A DNA stretch of 63,232 nt, taken from Candidatus Zixiibacteriota bacterium (GTDB taxonomy: Bacteria > Zixibacteria > MSB-5A5 > GN15 > JAAZOE01). Where the stretch lies: assembly GCA_043819555.1 (NCBI GenBank), contig JBDREQ010000067.1:1-63232 (forward strand). Direction: 5' to 3'. Shown piece after piece: positions 1-12,553 of the stretch. Position 1 is the first letter of the stretch. Every line of letters starts with the position of its first letter. The notes beneath the pieces were generated by a model, which made no database searches, was not told where the DNA came from, and worked only from the letters and a program-made list of their open reading frames with translations. The translations under genes were made by a program, and so were the position numbers.

Positions 1-213
1 AGTTGATGCGATTTGCCTGATCGAGCAGCCCGAGGCTGATAATCTGGAAATCTCACACCGCTCTTCAAGGTTAAATTGTTTGTATCTATGTCCCATAACA
101 CCTCTACGAGGTGTTGCACTTCGTTTGTGAACTTAGGCGATGGCGAAACGCAAGCTGGAATCCATACTGCGATTGAAGAAATGTTGGATTTGTCATTTGT
201 CGAATACGCCGCA

Positions 214-264
214 TGGATTCCCGACTCGCTTCGCCCAAAAGGGGCTTCGCTCTCGGGAATGACA
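214..264. repeat. REP-like palindromic element (ATTCCCGA...TCGGGAATGAC), copy 1
   Basis: TGGATTCCCGACTCGCTTCGCCCAAAAGGGGCTTCGCTCTCGGGAATGACA; near-identical copy at 48297-48348; nested inverted repeats. Confidence 0.8.
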
Positions 265-478
265 CAGGTAAAGACCCGCTTTTGGGTGTCGTGTGTATAT
301 CCCTAATTTAGGTTATTCAGAAAAATGGGCGGTAGAACGAGATTTCTGTGGTTTAGCGACAACTCGAGAGTTATCGCTACACAAGCTACTAATTGCCAGA
401 TCCCGGTTTCATGGGGATTCGCAATGACGAAATTAATACGTAGGGAGGCCTGCAAGTTCCTGCCAATAATACTTTTAA

Positions 479-1798
479 TTAATGGCCGATTTTTTCTTCC
501 AATAAATCAGGCAGTTCGGCGATTTTATGCCGTGATTGTTCCATGCTGTCGCGGTCGCGGAGAGTGACGGTGTCATCTTCCATTGTCTGACCGTCAACGG
601 TAAAGCAATACGGCGTTCCGATTTCATCCATGCGCCGATAACGCCGGCCAACTGCGCCTCCGGCATCATAAAAGACCTTGAATTTCTTGCGCAAATCATC
701 ATATAATTTTTGCGCCAGTTCGGGCATACCTTCTTTTTTGACCAGAGGTAATATCGCCGCTTTATACGGAGCGATCTTTGGCGATAGGTGTAAAACCGTA
801 CGCGTGTCTTTTTCCAATTGCTGTTCTTCGTAGGCGTCGGCCAAACAGGTCAAAAGTGTTCGATCGCATCCGGCGGAGGTTTCAATGATAAAGGGAAGAT
901 ATTTTTCTTTGGTTTGCTCATCCCAGTAGCGCAGGTCTTTGCCGGTTGCTTCTTTATGGCGCGACAAATCAAAATCGGTGCGATTGTGGACACCTTCCAG
1001 TTCTTTCCAGCCGAATGAAAATTCGTATTCGATATCATAGGCCGCTTTGGCATAATGGGCCAGTTCGTCGGGGCCATGTTCATGCCAGCGGATTTTTTCT
1101 TTTTTGATGCCGAGGTCGAGATAATATTGCCAGCGTTTTTCGCGCCAGTATTCAAACCATTTTTCGTCTTCGGATGGGTGGACAAAAAACTGCATTTCCA
1201 TTTGCTCAAATTCACGGGTGCGGAAGATAAAATTGCCGGGCGTAATTTCATTTCGGAAGGCTTTGCCGATTTGGGCGATTCCGAACGGTATCTTCTGGCG
1301 GGAGGGACCCTGAACATTGAGAAAATTGACATATATGCCCTGTGCGGTTTCGGGGCGCAAATAGACGACGCTGGCGTCATCCTCAACCGGACCCATGAAG
1401 GTTTTGAACATGAGGTTGAATTGCCTCGGTTCGGTCAGCTCTCCGCCGCAGTTGGGACAGGTTTCTACTTCCAGCTCATCGGCCCGAAAGCGGGATTTGC
1501 ATTTTTTGCAATCGACTAAAGGGTCGGAGAATTCTCCGACATGGCCGGAAGTATGCCAGACCTTGGGGTGCATCAGAATGGCGGCGTCAAGACCCTCTAT
1601 ATCATCGCGTTTGTGAACCATTTCGCGCCACCAGAAATCCTTGATATTTCGTTTTAGCTCGGCGCCGAGGGGGCCATAATCCCAGCAGGCATTGATGCCG
1701 CCGTATATTTCGGATGACTGGAAGATATATCCCCGCCTCTTGCAGAGGGAAACCAATTTATCCATAAATTCATCTTTGACCTGTTTTTTATTACTCAC
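479..1798 (-). CDS. glyQS: Glycine--tRNA ligase, alpha2 type
   Basis: [54 protein letters not shown], anticodon domain [16 protein letters not shown] start. Confidence 0.97.
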   Translation of the reverse strand: MSNKKQVKDEFMDKLVSLCKRRGYIFQSSEIYGGINACWDYGPLGAELKRNIKDFWWREMVHKRDDIEGLDAAILMHPKVWHTSGHVGEFSDPLVDCKKCKSRFRADELEVETCPNCGGELTEPRQFNLMFKTFMGPVEDDASVVYLRPETAQGIYVNFLNVQGPSRQKIPFGIAQIGKAFRNEITPGNFIFRTREFEQMEMQFFVHPSEDEKWFEYWREKRWQYYLDLGIKKEKIRWHEHGPDELAHYAKAAYDIEYEFSFGWKELEGVHNRTDFDLSRHKEATGKDLRYWDEQTKEKYLPFIIETSAGCDRTLLTCLADAYEEQQLEKDTRTVLHLSPKIAPYKAAILPLVKKEGMPELAQKLYDDLRKKFKVFYDAGGAVGRRYRRMDEIGTPYCFTVDGQTMEDDTVTLRDRDSMEQSRHKIAELPDLLEEKIGH

Positions 1799-2620
1799 TT
1801 ATCCTCCGAAGTTTTTTACCGCCGCGGTCAGCTTATCCAAAAAATCAAATGATTTCAACTGCTTCATCGACTCGGCGTGATATTTCAAAAGCATAGTCAT
1901 AATATCAACCAATTCTTGCAGTTCTTTCAGCGAGATCGAAATGTTTGACGCTTCCGCCAGCGAGGATTGCATCAGCCGGATTAGTTTATTATGAAATTCA
2001 ACATCCAGACCGATGAGAGAATTTTCTCCGATCAAAGTCGAACGGCAATCAGCGCAAACCAGTCCGCCGCGTTCAATGCTTAGCATCAGTTTTTCACCGC
2101 TTTGTTCTGAATCCGGTATCATATTTTCAACTGCTTTTCCGCAGGAAGCGCAACCGGCCAGGTTGGGGCGAAAACCCAATAGCGAAGCAAGGCGCAATAT
2201 ATAACCGGCGAACAGACCCGGCAACCGCTTTTTCTCAATTGTATCGATCATTCGCAAAAAAGACAATGTTATCTGATAACAAGCGGGTTGCGGCTCTCCC
2301 CCGGTTAACAGATTGTTCAACAATTCAATGGCGGCCGAGGCAAAGGCCAGTCGTCCCAGTTGGCCGTCTTTTTCAAACAAAAAAACATCAACCGGTTCGA
2401 CATCCGATAAATATCCGCTGCCTTTCTCGCCCCGCAAATAACAGGTAAATTCAAGGCGGGCAAAATGGAGAGGGCGTCCTCGTTTGCCGTTCAGCTGGCG
2501 TGAGCCTTTGACAGTAAGGGTTAGTTTTCCGCAATCGGGAGTAAAGATGGTCAATGTCTGCGATGATTCCGACCAGTTGGCGCTGGAGAGGATTATTCCT
2601 TCGGTTTTATGAATAGCCAT
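1799..2620 (-). CDS. recO: DNA repair protein RecO
   Basis: Likely start MAIHKTEGIIL at 2620; OB-fold N-terminus, LGFRPNL..CASCG and GGLVC.DC zinc motif. Confidence 0.9.
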   Translation of the reverse strand: MAIHKTEGIILSSANWSESSQTLTIFTPDCGKLTLTVKGSRQLNGKRGRPLHFARLEFTCYLRGEKGSGYLSDVEPVDVFLFEKDGQLGRLAFASAAIELLNNLLTGGEPQPACYQITLSFLRMIDTIEKKRLPGLFAGYILRLASLLGFRPNLAGCASCGKAVENMIPDSEQSGEKLMLSIERGGLVCADCRSTLIGENSLIGLDVEFHNKLIRLMQSSLAEASNISISLKELQELVDIMTMLLKYHAESMKQLKSFDFLDKLTAAVKNFGG

Positions 2621-2624
2621 TGTA

Positions 2625-2978
2625 TCAGCGATTAACCTGCAGGTGATAAATAGTTTCTCCCGGGCGCGAGAATCCGTAGCGGGTGCGGGCCAGCCATTCG
2701 ACATAATGGGGATCGTCATTTATTCGCCTTAAACGATATTTATAATCGGCCGCTTCGGCGAGTGTATTCAGATATTTTTTTTCGAGGCTTTCCTTTTGGG
2801 CCTTAAGGCGATGGATGCGAAACAGGCCGTAATCTCCTGAACAGAAGAGATAGACAAGATATAACACCGCAAAGCACAGAAGGAGACGAGTTGTTTTACG
2901 TTTAAATCCATGTTCGTGTTCGGCCAGCCTTTTTATCAGCTGGCGCGTCACGTTTTTTCTTAAATTTTCGGCTACCAT
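2625..2978 (-). CDS. ftsB: Septum formation initiator (FtsB/DivIC family)
   Basis: One TM helix, coiled coil, DPHYVEWLARTRYGFSRPGETIY motif; follows eno. Confidence 0.85.
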   Translation of the reverse strand: MVAENLRKNVTRQLIKRLAEHEHGFKRKTTRLLLCFAVLYLVYLFCSGDYGLFRIHRLKAQKESLEKKYLNTLAEAADYKYRLRRINDDPHYVEWLARTRYGFSRPGETIYHLQVNR

Positions 2979-2983
2979 AAAAG

Positions 2984-4291
<1,308 letters not shown>

Positions 4292-4373
4292 TCAAAATCG
4301 ATATTTAGATTAAGAATCTATGCCGATTGAGATATTAAACGCAAGTTAAAATTGTTTCCCGGCGAATTCAAAA

Positions 4374-4402
4374 TTGACATAAAATTCTCAAACCGGTATT
4401 TT
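4374..4402 (+). promoter_or_regulatory. Sigma70-type promoter, probably giving a leaderless mRNA
   Basis: TTGACA(4374-4379)-17 bp-TATTTT(4397-4402), 7 nt before ATG 4410; no SD. Confidence 0.6.
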
Positions 4403-4409
4403 CCTACTG

Positions 4410-6656
4410 ATGAATCTTCGAAATACTATTTTGATTTTTGCAGCTCTTCTGGTCTTAGTCTTGGGGAATGCGAGAGCCGATGACTTGACGCGTAAAATTC
4501 GCGCCGCTGAGTCGGATTTAACTGTTTTTTGCCCGGTTATTGACGCTGAATATATTCAATGGTCGGCTCTGTTATATCTTAATCAGCAATACGGGGCCGA
4601 AATATACATCGGAATATTGCATCCTTCGGCTTATTTCGATTGTAAAGAGATTACAAGTTCTGATGGACAGTTTCATCTGGCGTATATCGGATACCCTTCG
4701 GTGGATTACGACAGCATGCTGGTTGACTCAGTCTGTGATGCTCTCTTTGCCGGGGGTTATCCGGATATGGCGATTTTTGGGGCGGCAGGCGCGGCCGATT
4801 CGGCTTTTATAACCTATATGCTCAGGGATATGAAGCAAAAAGCACACGATGATTCGCTCGCTCTATCTTATCTCAATCGCATATTTATCCGCACCGATAA
4901 AAACAGCGGCGGGATAGTTTTTAATGATGCCGAAATTTATGACGGGCTTAAAGACAGGGCAAATTCACTCAATCTAACTTTTTCACCCGACGGCCCCCTA
5001 GAATATAAGCCGGAAAGATTCCGATGGTATTATTTGTTAGATGTTAAAGAAATAAATTCCATCGAAACTAAGGGTGACTTTTTATCGGTGATAGATATTT
5101 TCCGGTTACCTCAAATTATTTCCCAAAATGTTATTGCCGGTCCGGAGCGGGAAAACCTGTTAAATCGATTAAACCGGTTTGAGTCCTATATTCGTTCGAG
5201 TTATAATCAACGATTGAGCCGGTCCGACCGTCTGCGTCTGTTGCTAAACGCTTACGGCGAAATATCGCGTCTGGTCGAGATGCTTGACGCCGGTTCCGGT
5301 AATTTGAAATGGACGCGGGTTCCATACAGAGCCAAAAGAGTACGATACAAAACTTCACTGGCGGTTGCTCAAGCAGTCGGGATAAACTGGTCGGCAAATC
5401 TGCACTCGAGAAATACGCCATTTGGGAAAACCGGTAAACTTGTTTTTGATCTTGAAGTGGCGGGGCCATTACCGATTGAATTGTCATATTTGAAATTCCT
5501 GCCTGAAGGACAAACGCCAGTTGAGATCGAGTCAATAGCTTGCGTCATCGCGCCTCATCAGAAGCTGCACCGCGAATACACAATTGATCTTTCCGGTATA
5601 AATCTGGAAAATGAACCTGAAAAAGAGCATCGCTTTGCGATTGCAATAACCGTCGAAGGGACGCCGATAGAATTGTTCGTTCCATATAATGAGTACGCCA
5701 ATGAGGAAATTTCTCTGGCCTGGCTGCCGGATTACGCGATCATATCTCCATTTATAGATAATGATATTAATTCACTGTCACAGCCATTCGATTGGCAGTT
5801 ATTAATTACTAAGCCGTATCAGTCAGAACTGAGGGCTCAGCTTTCGATTGATAATCCCGATGATATCATTGTTGGAAGTTATGAGAAGAATATCGTGATC
5901 TCCGCAGGCGTCACTTCTCAATTGATTGATATTCATCTGACAGCTGGCAGATCTATCGGCAATGGAGAGAGAAAAATAGGCGCCCGGTTAGTATCAAATG
6001 GCAATACGATTTCATCGACTTCAGCCGATGCCCGCATCATCCGTTTTGATGTGTCGCCTGTCCGCGATATTGCGTTTGTGCCGGATAGGACGGGACAGCT
6101 GGAAGATTTTCTGCGCATGGTCAACGTTTCCGGATTTGCCTTTACGCCGCATAGTATTTCAAGGGCAACCCTGGAAGCATACGATATGCTTATCATTGGA
6201 ACCGACGCCGATGAGGAATATATAAACGCGTTGCGCAAATCGAGCGGGAGACTGCGGAGATTCGCACGGGATGGCGGCGAGATTTTAATTTTGGGACAAT
6301 CATTCGGGTGGCCTCATGATATTTTTGATTTTATGATATGTACTTCGGAGAACGTCGGCTCAGTACCGTTAGTGATAAAAAACAAAGACCATAAACTCTT
6401 AAATGGGCCGTATGCTATTGGAGGAAACCGGCTGGCGGAAACGGCCCCTGAAATGAGCCGCTCCTGGTCGGCTATATTAGGCGCCGGTGATGAGATCATC
6501 GCCGCCGGGGAACTCGGAAGTTATTTACAGGTTACTAAAATTGGTGAAGGCCATGTCATCTTTTGCGGCTTGCCGCTATTGGATATGGTTTCAAAACTGG
6601 ACGTGGATGCAATTCATTTACTGGCTAACATATTGAATTTTGGACATGGACGCTGA
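4410..6656 (+). CDS. Secreted multidomain protein; degenerate PIG-L-like N-terminus and C-terminal class I GATase-like fold
   Basis: Signal peptide (..ARA/DD); C-terminal YDMLIIG..LRRFARDGGEILIL pattern; no HPDD motif. Confidence 0.45.
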   Translation: MNLRNTILIFAALLVLVLGNARADDLTRKIRAAESDLTVFCPVIDAEYIQWSALLYLNQQYGAEIYIGILHPSAYFDCKEITSSDGQFHLAYIGYPSVDYDSMLVDSVCDALFAGGYPDMAIFGAAGAADSAFITYMLRDMKQKAHDDSLALSYLNRIFIRTDKNSGGIVFNDAEIYDGLKDRANSLNLTFSPDGPLEYKPERFRWYYLLDVKEINSIETKGDFLSVIDIFRLPQIISQNVIAGPERENLLNRLNRFESYIRSSYNQRLSRSDRLRLLLNAYGEISRLVEMLDAGSGNLKWTRVPYRAKRVRYKTSLAVAQAVGINWSANLHSRNTPFGKTGKLVFDLEVAGPLPIELSYLKFLPEGQTPVEIESIACVIAPHQKLHREYTIDLSGINLENEPEKEHRFAIAITVEGTPIELFVPYNEYANEEISLAWLPDYAIISPFIDNDINSLSQPFDWQLLITKPYQSELRAQLSIDNPDDIIVGSYEKNIVISAGVTSQLIDIHLTAGRSIGNGERKIGARLVSNGNTISSTSADARIIRFDVSPVRDIAFVPDRTGQLEDFLRMVNVSGFAFTPHSISRATLEAYDMLIIGTDADEEYINALRKSSGRLRRFARDGGEILILGQSFGWPHDIFDFMICTSENVGSVPLVIKNKDHKLLNGPYAIGGNRLAETAPEMSRSWSAILGAGDEIIAAGELGSYLQVTKIGEGHVIFCGLPLLDMVSKLDVDAIHLLANILNFGHGR

Positions 6657-8418
6657 CAAAAGCGGATTATTCGCACATTTATTACCCCTGGTCAAAAAAA
6701 ATACTCGATACATAGTGATTGGAGGGGTAGCGGCTATTTTTGCCAATGGCCTGATGCTGATAAATCCTTATCTGATCAAGCTGGCTTTTGAAGCCATCGA
6801 ATCGAAGCAGGCGATGGATGTTATATTCAGGTTATGCATGTACATGGCTGGTTTGTCCGTTGCCGCGGGGTTGTTTCGCTTTGCCATGAGGCGGACAATA
6901 ATCTGGGCATCACGAAAGATTGAATACGATTTGCGGAACGTGATGTTCGCCAAATGGCTCGATCTTGACGCCTCATATTATAACCGAAAGCGAACGGGCG
7001 ATTTGATGGCTCATGCCACCAATGATATCGAGGCGGTTCGAATGATGACGGGACCGGGAATAATGCATATTCTCAATACCATTATTTCGGTCGTGATTGC
7101 GGTCGCGTTTATGGTTACGCTTTCGGTCAAACTTACTTTATTTACCGTATTGCCACTTCTTCTCCTGGCGCTGGCGTATAATCGGCTGGGGCAATTGGTT
7201 CATAAAAAGTATTTGATAATACAGAATCACTTCGCTTTCATGACGGCGCAGGTTCAGGAAAACCTGGCTGGCGTGCGAGTGATTAAAGCGTACGGCCGGG
7301 AAAAATCAGAAATCGATCGCATGGCCGCAACATCACGCAAATATGCCGATATGAACCTCGACATGATGAAGATTTACGGATTTTTCCGTCCCCTTCTGTT
7401 TGCCATCGCAGGCGGCGTCTCCCTTTTGGTTTTATACGTTGGAGGACGGGAAGTCGGCGCCGGAGTATTTTCACTGGGGACACTGGTCGCTTTTTTGGGA
7501 TATCTTGTTTGGCTCGTCTGGCCGATGATGGCTCTGGGGTGGGTCATATCGCTTTACCAGCGAGGTACGGCTTCGCTTGAACGCATTAATAAAATTCTTA
7601 ACGCCGAACCGATGGTTTCTGATAGCGGGAAAACGGGGAAAAAACATCGCGAGATAAAAGGCAAGATTGAATTTAGAAATTTATCATTTGCTTATCCCTC
7701 AATCGAAGATAAAAACCCTGAAAATATTTTGCACGATATAAATGTGACAATCGATGCCGGCACCAGGCTGGGGATAACCGGTCCGACCGGTTCGGGGAAG
7801 ACTACGATGGTGTCTCTAATTCCGCGATTATATCCGGTATCGAAAGGACAGCTTCTCATTGACGGCATTGATTGTACCCAACTTTCCATTGGAGCACTGC
7901 GCAATTCGATTGGATTCGTCCCACAGGAAACATTTCTGTTTTCCGATACTTTGGAGGCGAATATATCGTTTAGCCGCGATTCGTTTGAACAACAAAAAAT
8001 AACCGACACTGCTCGATTGGCGGCTTTGGATGAGGATGTCGAATCATTTCCCGAAAAATACGAGACGATGCTGGGCGAGCGGGGAATCACTCTTTCGGGC
8101 GGGCAAAAACAACGGACGGCGCTGGCGCGGGCAATATTAAAATCGCCGTCGATAATCATTCTTGATGACGCCACCAGTTCGGTCGATACCGAGACGGAGC
8201 AGCAGATATTTGAAAACCTCGACCGAGTTCTTCCCGGACGAACTTCGATTATAATTTCCCATCGCGTTTCCAGCCTGATGAAATGCGATAAAATTATTTA
8301 TCTCGAAGACGGCCGGATCGTGGAAGAAGGCGATCATTTTAAATTGATAAGCCAAAACGGCGCCTACGCCGCATTGTATCGACGCCAGTTGATGGAAGCA
8401 AGCCTGGAGAAAATGTAA
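6646..8418 (+). CDS. ABC exporter, TMD+NBD subunit 1 (degenerate Walker B)
   Basis: Six TM helices, [23 protein letters not shown]. Confidence 0.95.
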   Translation: MDADKSGLFAHLLPLVKKNTRYIVIGGVAAIFANGLMLINPYLIKLAFEAIESKQAMDVIFRLCMYMAGLSVAAGLFRFAMRRTIIWASRKIEYDLRNVMFAKWLDLDASYYNRKRTGDLMAHATNDIEAVRMMTGPGIMHILNTIISVVIAVAFMVTLSVKLTLFTVLPLLLLALAYNRLGQLVHKKYLIIQNHFAFMTAQVQENLAGVRVIKAYGREKSEIDRMAATSRKYADMNLDMMKIYGFFRPLLFAIAGGVSLLVLYVGGREVGAGVFSLGTLVAFLGYLVWLVWPMMALGWVISLYQRGTASLERINKILNAEPMVSDSGKTGKKHREIKGKIEFRNLSFAYPSIEDKNPENILHDINVTIDAGTRLGITGPTGSGKTTMVSLIPRLYPVSKGQLLIDGIDCTQLSIGALRNSIGFVPQETFLFSDTLEANISFSRDSFEQQKITDTARLAALDEDVESFPEKYETMLGERGITLSGGQKQRTALARAILKSPSIIILDDATSSVDTETEQQIFENLDRVLPGRTSIIISHRVSSLMKCDKIIYLEDGRIVEEGDHFKLISQNGAYAALYRRQLMEASLEKM

Positions 8419-8419
8419 A

Positions 8420-10222
8420 ATGGCGTCCAATGCGAAAACGTATCACGATGAAGAAGTGCTGGGGAAAGCGTACGATGCCAAATTGATGCGCAGGTTACTG
8501 ACCTACCTGCGGCCGTACAAAATGAAAGTTTTCTGGTCGGTATCGCTTTTGTTTGTTGTCACCGGATTGCAGCTGGCGGGACCGATTATAATCCAGATCG
8601 CTATTGATAAATACATTGCCGTTGGCGATAACGCTGGTCTGGCCCGAATTTCTCTCTTATACTTAGGCGTTTTAATCGCACTGTTTGTTACAGGCTATAT
8701 TCAATTCTACTCGATGCAGGTTATTGGCCAGTCGGTCATGTACGATATTCGGATGCAGACTTTCAAGTACCTGCAAAAGATGCATCTGGCTTTTTTTGAT
8801 AAGAACCCGGTCGGACGGCTGGTCACCCGGGTGACCAATGACATTAATGTTCTCAATGAATTGTTCTCTTCGGGAGTGGTCGCGGTTGTCGGCGATATAT
8901 TGACACTGGTAGGAATCATTATCGCCATGCTCTATTATAGCTGGCAATTGACGCTGATCACGTTTTTGGTTTTGCCGTTTATGATTATCGCGACAGCGTT
9001 TTTCCGCAATAAAGTCAGGGCAATTTATCGGGATATCCGAATCAGGCTGGCGCGGATAAACGCTTTCCTCCAGGAGCATTTGACCGGAATGTCGATTGTC
9101 CAATTATTTGGACAGGAAAAACGAATCTTTTTTAAATTTGATAAAATCAATGAGAAGTTGCAGAAGCAGCATTTCAGGTCAATCTATTGTTATGCCGTAT
9201 TTTTCCCGACGGTTGAAATTATTGAAACGGTCGCGATTGTTCTGCTCATTTATTTTGGCGGTGCGCGCATAAACGTTAATCTTTTGACATTCGGGGAGTT
9301 GGTTGCGTTTATTCAATTGGTCGAAAGATTTTTCCGGCCGCTGAGGGATTTGTCGGAAAAATATAATATTTTGCAGTCGTCGATGGCCTCGTCGGAACGG
9401 ATATTCCGGATGATTGATAAACAACCGGAAGTAGTCGCCCCGGAACGTCCGAAGATTATTGAAAATTTCAAGGGTGAAATCGTTTTTGATAATGTCTCGT
9501 TCGCGTACAACGAACCGGAATATATTCTCAACAATGTTTCTTTCACCGTCAAGCCGGGCGAGAAAATCGCGATTGTCGGTTCCACTGGCGCCGGTAAGAC
9601 TTCTATTATTTCTTTGCTGTTGCGGTTTTATGATTGCCAGAAAGGTGATGTCAAACTCGACGGCGTATCGTTGAGAAGCATGGATCCGGAATATGTCAGG
9701 TCGCACATGGCATTGGTGCTTCAGGACGTCTTTATCTTTTCCGGTGATTTTTCTCGTAATATTGATTTGTATAACGATGATATTCAGCCCGAACGGATAT
9801 CGGATGCCGCTCGAAAAGTCGGCATCGCTGATTTTATCGAACGCCAGCCCGATAAGTTTGCCACGCCTGTTCATGAGAGGGGCGCCATGTTATCAACCGG
9901 CCAGAAACAGCTATTGTCTTTCGCGCGGGCGTTGGCATATGATCCGAAAATTCTGATTCTCGACGAAGCGACCAGTTCGGTCGATACCGAAACCGAGGAA
10001 TTGATCCAGAAGGCTTTGGAACAATTGATGCGGGACCGGACGTCAATTGTTATCGCTCACCGTTTATCAACGATTGAAAAAGCTGACCGGATTTTGGTCA
10101 TGCACAAGGGGCAGCTCCGGGAAATGGGAACGCATCGGGAACTGCTGAAACAAAAAGGAATTTATTATACGTTGCACCAAACGCAATTCAAATTTGCCAG
10201 CGGAGTCAAAACCGATGCCTGA
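8420..10222 (+). CDS. ABC exporter, TMD+NBD subunit 2
   Basis: GSTGAGKT, LSTGQKQ, ILDEATS, IAHRLST; heterodimer partner (YheI/YheH, TM287/288-like). Confidence 0.95.
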   Translation: MASNAKTYHDEEVLGKAYDAKLMRRLLTYLRPYKMKVFWSVSLLFVVTGLQLAGPIIIQIAIDKYIAVGDNAGLARISLLYLGVLIALFVTGYIQFYSMQVIGQSVMYDIRMQTFKYLQKMHLAFFDKNPVGRLVTRVTNDINVLNELFSSGVVAVVGDILTLVGIIIAMLYYSWQLTLITFLVLPFMIIATAFFRNKVRAIYRDIRIRLARINAFLQEHLTGMSIVQLFGQEKRIFFKFDKINEKLQKQHFRSIYCYAVFFPTVEIIETVAIVLLIYFGGARINVNLLTFGELVAFIQLVERFFRPLRDLSEKYNILQSSMASSERIFRMIDKQPEVVAPERPKIIENFKGEIVFDNVSFAYNEPEYILNNVSFTVKPGEKIAIVGSTGAGKTSIISLLLRFYDCQKGDVKLDGVSLRSMDPEYVRSHMALVLQDVFIFSGDFSRNIDLYNDDIQPERISDAARKVGIADFIERQPDKFATPVHERGAMLSTGQKQLLSFARALAYDPKILILDEATSSVDTETEELIQKALEQLMRDRTSIVIAHRLSTIEKADRILVMHKGQLREMGTHRELLKQKGIYYTLHQTQFKFASGVKTDA

Positions 10223-10994
10223 TTTTCGCAAAGAATTGAAATTCGCCAAAGAGACAGCCGTTGCCGCCGGAGCAATCCTGATGAAAGGATTAAAATCTAA
10301 ACGGCTCGTGCATTATAAAGGCCGGGTTGATCTGGTAACTCAATTCGATTTGAAGACGGAAAAATATATAGTGGGGAAAATCAATAGAGCTTTCCCCCGT
10401 CATGCGATCCTCGCCGAAGAAGGGGGTGGCAAAGAATATCAGTCCGATTATAAATGGATTATTGATCCTCTCGACGGGACGACTAATTTCGCGCACGGTT
10501 ATCCTGCCTTTTGTGTTTCGATTGGTCTTGAAGTTGAAGACGAGATGATGCTCGGAGCGATTTATAATCCGGTGCTCGATGAATTGTTTTATGCATCAAA
10601 AGGCAACGGTGCGTTTCTGAATAGAAAGCGGATACATGTTTCGGAAGAGCGAAAGCTAGCGCATTCGCTTTTGGCAACCGGGTTTCCTTATGATATCGCC
10701 GATACTTATATAGATAATCTCGATAATTTTGGCCGGATGTATAAAGCATCTCGGGGAATTCGCCGGGCAGGATCAGCGGCGCTTGATTTGTGCTATCTCG
10801 CCTGCGGTCGCTTCGATGGATTCTGGGAGTTGAAGCTCCATCCCTGGGATACGGCGGCGGGAATCGTTATCGTATCCGAAGCGGGAGGACGGATTAGCGA
10901 CCTTAACGGCGGCAAATATTCGATCTACGACAACAGCATTCTCGCCACCAACGGCAAGATTCATAAACAGATGAAGATGATTTTGGTGGGGTAA
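10215..10994 (+). CDS. suhB: Inositol monophosphatase family protein
   Basis: WIIDPLDGTTNFAHG, RRAGSAALDLC, WDTAAG; ATG at 10215. Confidence 0.93.
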   Translation: MPDFRKELKFAKETAVAAGAILMKGLKSKRLVHYKGRVDLVTQFDLKTEKYIVGKINRAFPRHAILAEEGGGKEYQSDYKWIIDPLDGTTNFAHGYPAFCVSIGLEVEDEMMLGAIYNPVLDELFYASKGNGAFLNRKRIHVSEERKLAHSLLATGFPYDIADTYIDNLDNFGRMYKASRGIRRAGSAALDLCYLACGRFDGFWELKLHPWDTAAGIVIVSEAGGRISDLNGGKYSIYDNSILATNGKIHKQMKMILVG

Positions 10995-11068
10995 GGTGAT
11001 TTGTAGGATAGATAAATTGAGGAAACCGCATGAGTTTTGGCCTACAGATTAAGCCCGATCAAACCCTC

Positions 11069-12553
11069 TCAATCCACCCGGTCAGGATTCATCCATTTGA
11101 AACGGGTCAGGCCTTCGTCGCTGCCGAGCCAGAGAAAATCACCGTCGGGGACAATCGTAGTTATATTATTCGACAACAATCCGTCATCGATATCAAAATG
11201 ATTATGCTTCGGCGCTTTATCACGAGTCAGTAAAAGCAGGCCGTCTTGAACCGCGATAGCGAAATATTTATCATTGGCAACGGCGGCATAGGCTCCGAGT
11301 GCGAAGTCGATAAATGGAAGCTGTTCTGATTTTTCAGTTTTGAGGTTTATTACCGTAACGCCGGAACTTGAAGATATGATAACTTCGTTTTTGTGCGTTG
11401 AAATATGTCGTATCTCTCCCCCAAGGTTTCCCTCCGGGTCCTGAAGGCGCCCGACATCGAGCGTTCTAAAATCTATATAATAGGCGCCGTCGGTCGAACC
11501 GATAAAGAGTTTGCTGTCGGCCAATTCCAGATCGGTAATAAATAGTTGACCCATAATCGACTTGCTGACAATGACCATCGTATCGGCAGATGGCGTATAG
11601 AGCGCCAATCCCTGATAAGTTCCGATCCAAACCGAATCGGGCGCAATCGCCAAGGCGGTTACTTCGGTTTCGGGCAAGCCATTTTGTCGCGTGAGGGTAA
11701 TATATTGGCCGGTGTTGCGTTTATAAATCGTCAGGCCATTTAGGCCGGCGAAATAAAGATTCTTTTTATCCCCTGCGATATCAAAAATGATTTCTGAATC
11801 GAAGCCATAAATATAGCGCGGTTCCAGCCATGTGAATCGCTCCTTTGATTTATCGTAAAGCGTTACGCCGAAACGGGTTTGAAATTCATCGGTATACCGC
11901 GTACCTTCGTTGCCGCCCATCCAGATGGAATCGCCTTCGATGTAGATGACATCGGTTCGTTTTTGAAGCAAACCGTACGGTATAAGATGCGCGGAGAAAT
12001 CATCATTATCGACCAGCATCGGTCCCATACCCCAGGTCCCGGTATAGACTGTACTAAAATTATCATCCAGATAGGCCGTAATTTGATATTCCCGAAAATT
12101 ATCGTCGGAAATATAACCGTTTGGAGACATTTGATACCCCGGCGGCATTAGAAAATACGGCAGTGGCGTCCTGGGTCGGGAATCGATGAATAAATCTTCC
12201 GGGAAATTGGATTCAACAAACCAATTTTTGGCGACGATATCATAAGTAAAAACACCATTATTCGTTTGAACCGTGATGACTTGGCCGTCGGGTGTCACCG
12301 CCAGACGATGAATATAAGGGTCAGATACACCATCCGAGACGGTTATCGGCGGATACCATCTGTGCTCAAAACGGCTGTAGCGCAGGATGCCTTCGCTGGT
12401 TCCGAAATAAACGAAGTCATACCCCAAAGCGATCGAAGTAATAAATGAAAAATTCGTCCAGGAGATTGATTGGTCTTTGAGTATATCGGCTCTTATTACA
12501 CTGGAAAGGATTATGAAGATAAATATAATACGAGCTGCGCGGCATCGCATCAA
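11069..12553 (-). CDS. Secreted beta-propeller repeat protein
   Basis: Signal peptide; repeated GL..N.ITTI..D....WLG T/S..GL blades. Confidence 0.7.
   Translation of the reverse strand: MMRCRAARIIFIFIILSSVIRADILKDQSISWTNFSFITSIALGYDFVYFGTSEGILRYSRFEHRWYPPITVSDGVSDPYIHRLAVTPDGQVITVQTNNGVFTYDIVAKNWFVESNFPEDLFIDSRPRTPLPYFLMPPGYQMSPNGYISDDNFREYQITAYLDDNFSTVYTGTWGMGPMLVDNDDFSAHLIPYGLLQKRTDVIYIEGDSIWMGGNEGTRYTDEFQTRFGVTLYDKSKERFTWLEPRYIYGFDSEIIFDIAGDKKNLYFAGLNGLTIYKRNTGQYITLTRQNGLPETEVTALAIAPDSVWIGTYQGLALYTPSADTMVIVSKSIMGQLFITDLELADSKLFIGSTDGAYYIDFRTLDVGRLQDPEGNLGGEIRHISTHKNEVIISSSSGVTVINLKTEKSEQLPFIDFALGAYAAVANDKYFAIAVQDGLLLLTRDKAPKHNHFDIDDGLLSNNITTIVPDGDFLWLGSDEGLTRFKWMNPDRVD

Noticed and set aside
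76..702. Short ORFs 76-306, 325-567 and 475-702
   Set aside because: They overlap REP-like repeats or glyQS and have no protein-like motifs
6646..10222. Degenerate Walker B (DD) and LSTGQ signature as signs of pseudogenisation
   Set aside because: This is the normal asymmetry of heterodimeric ABC exporters
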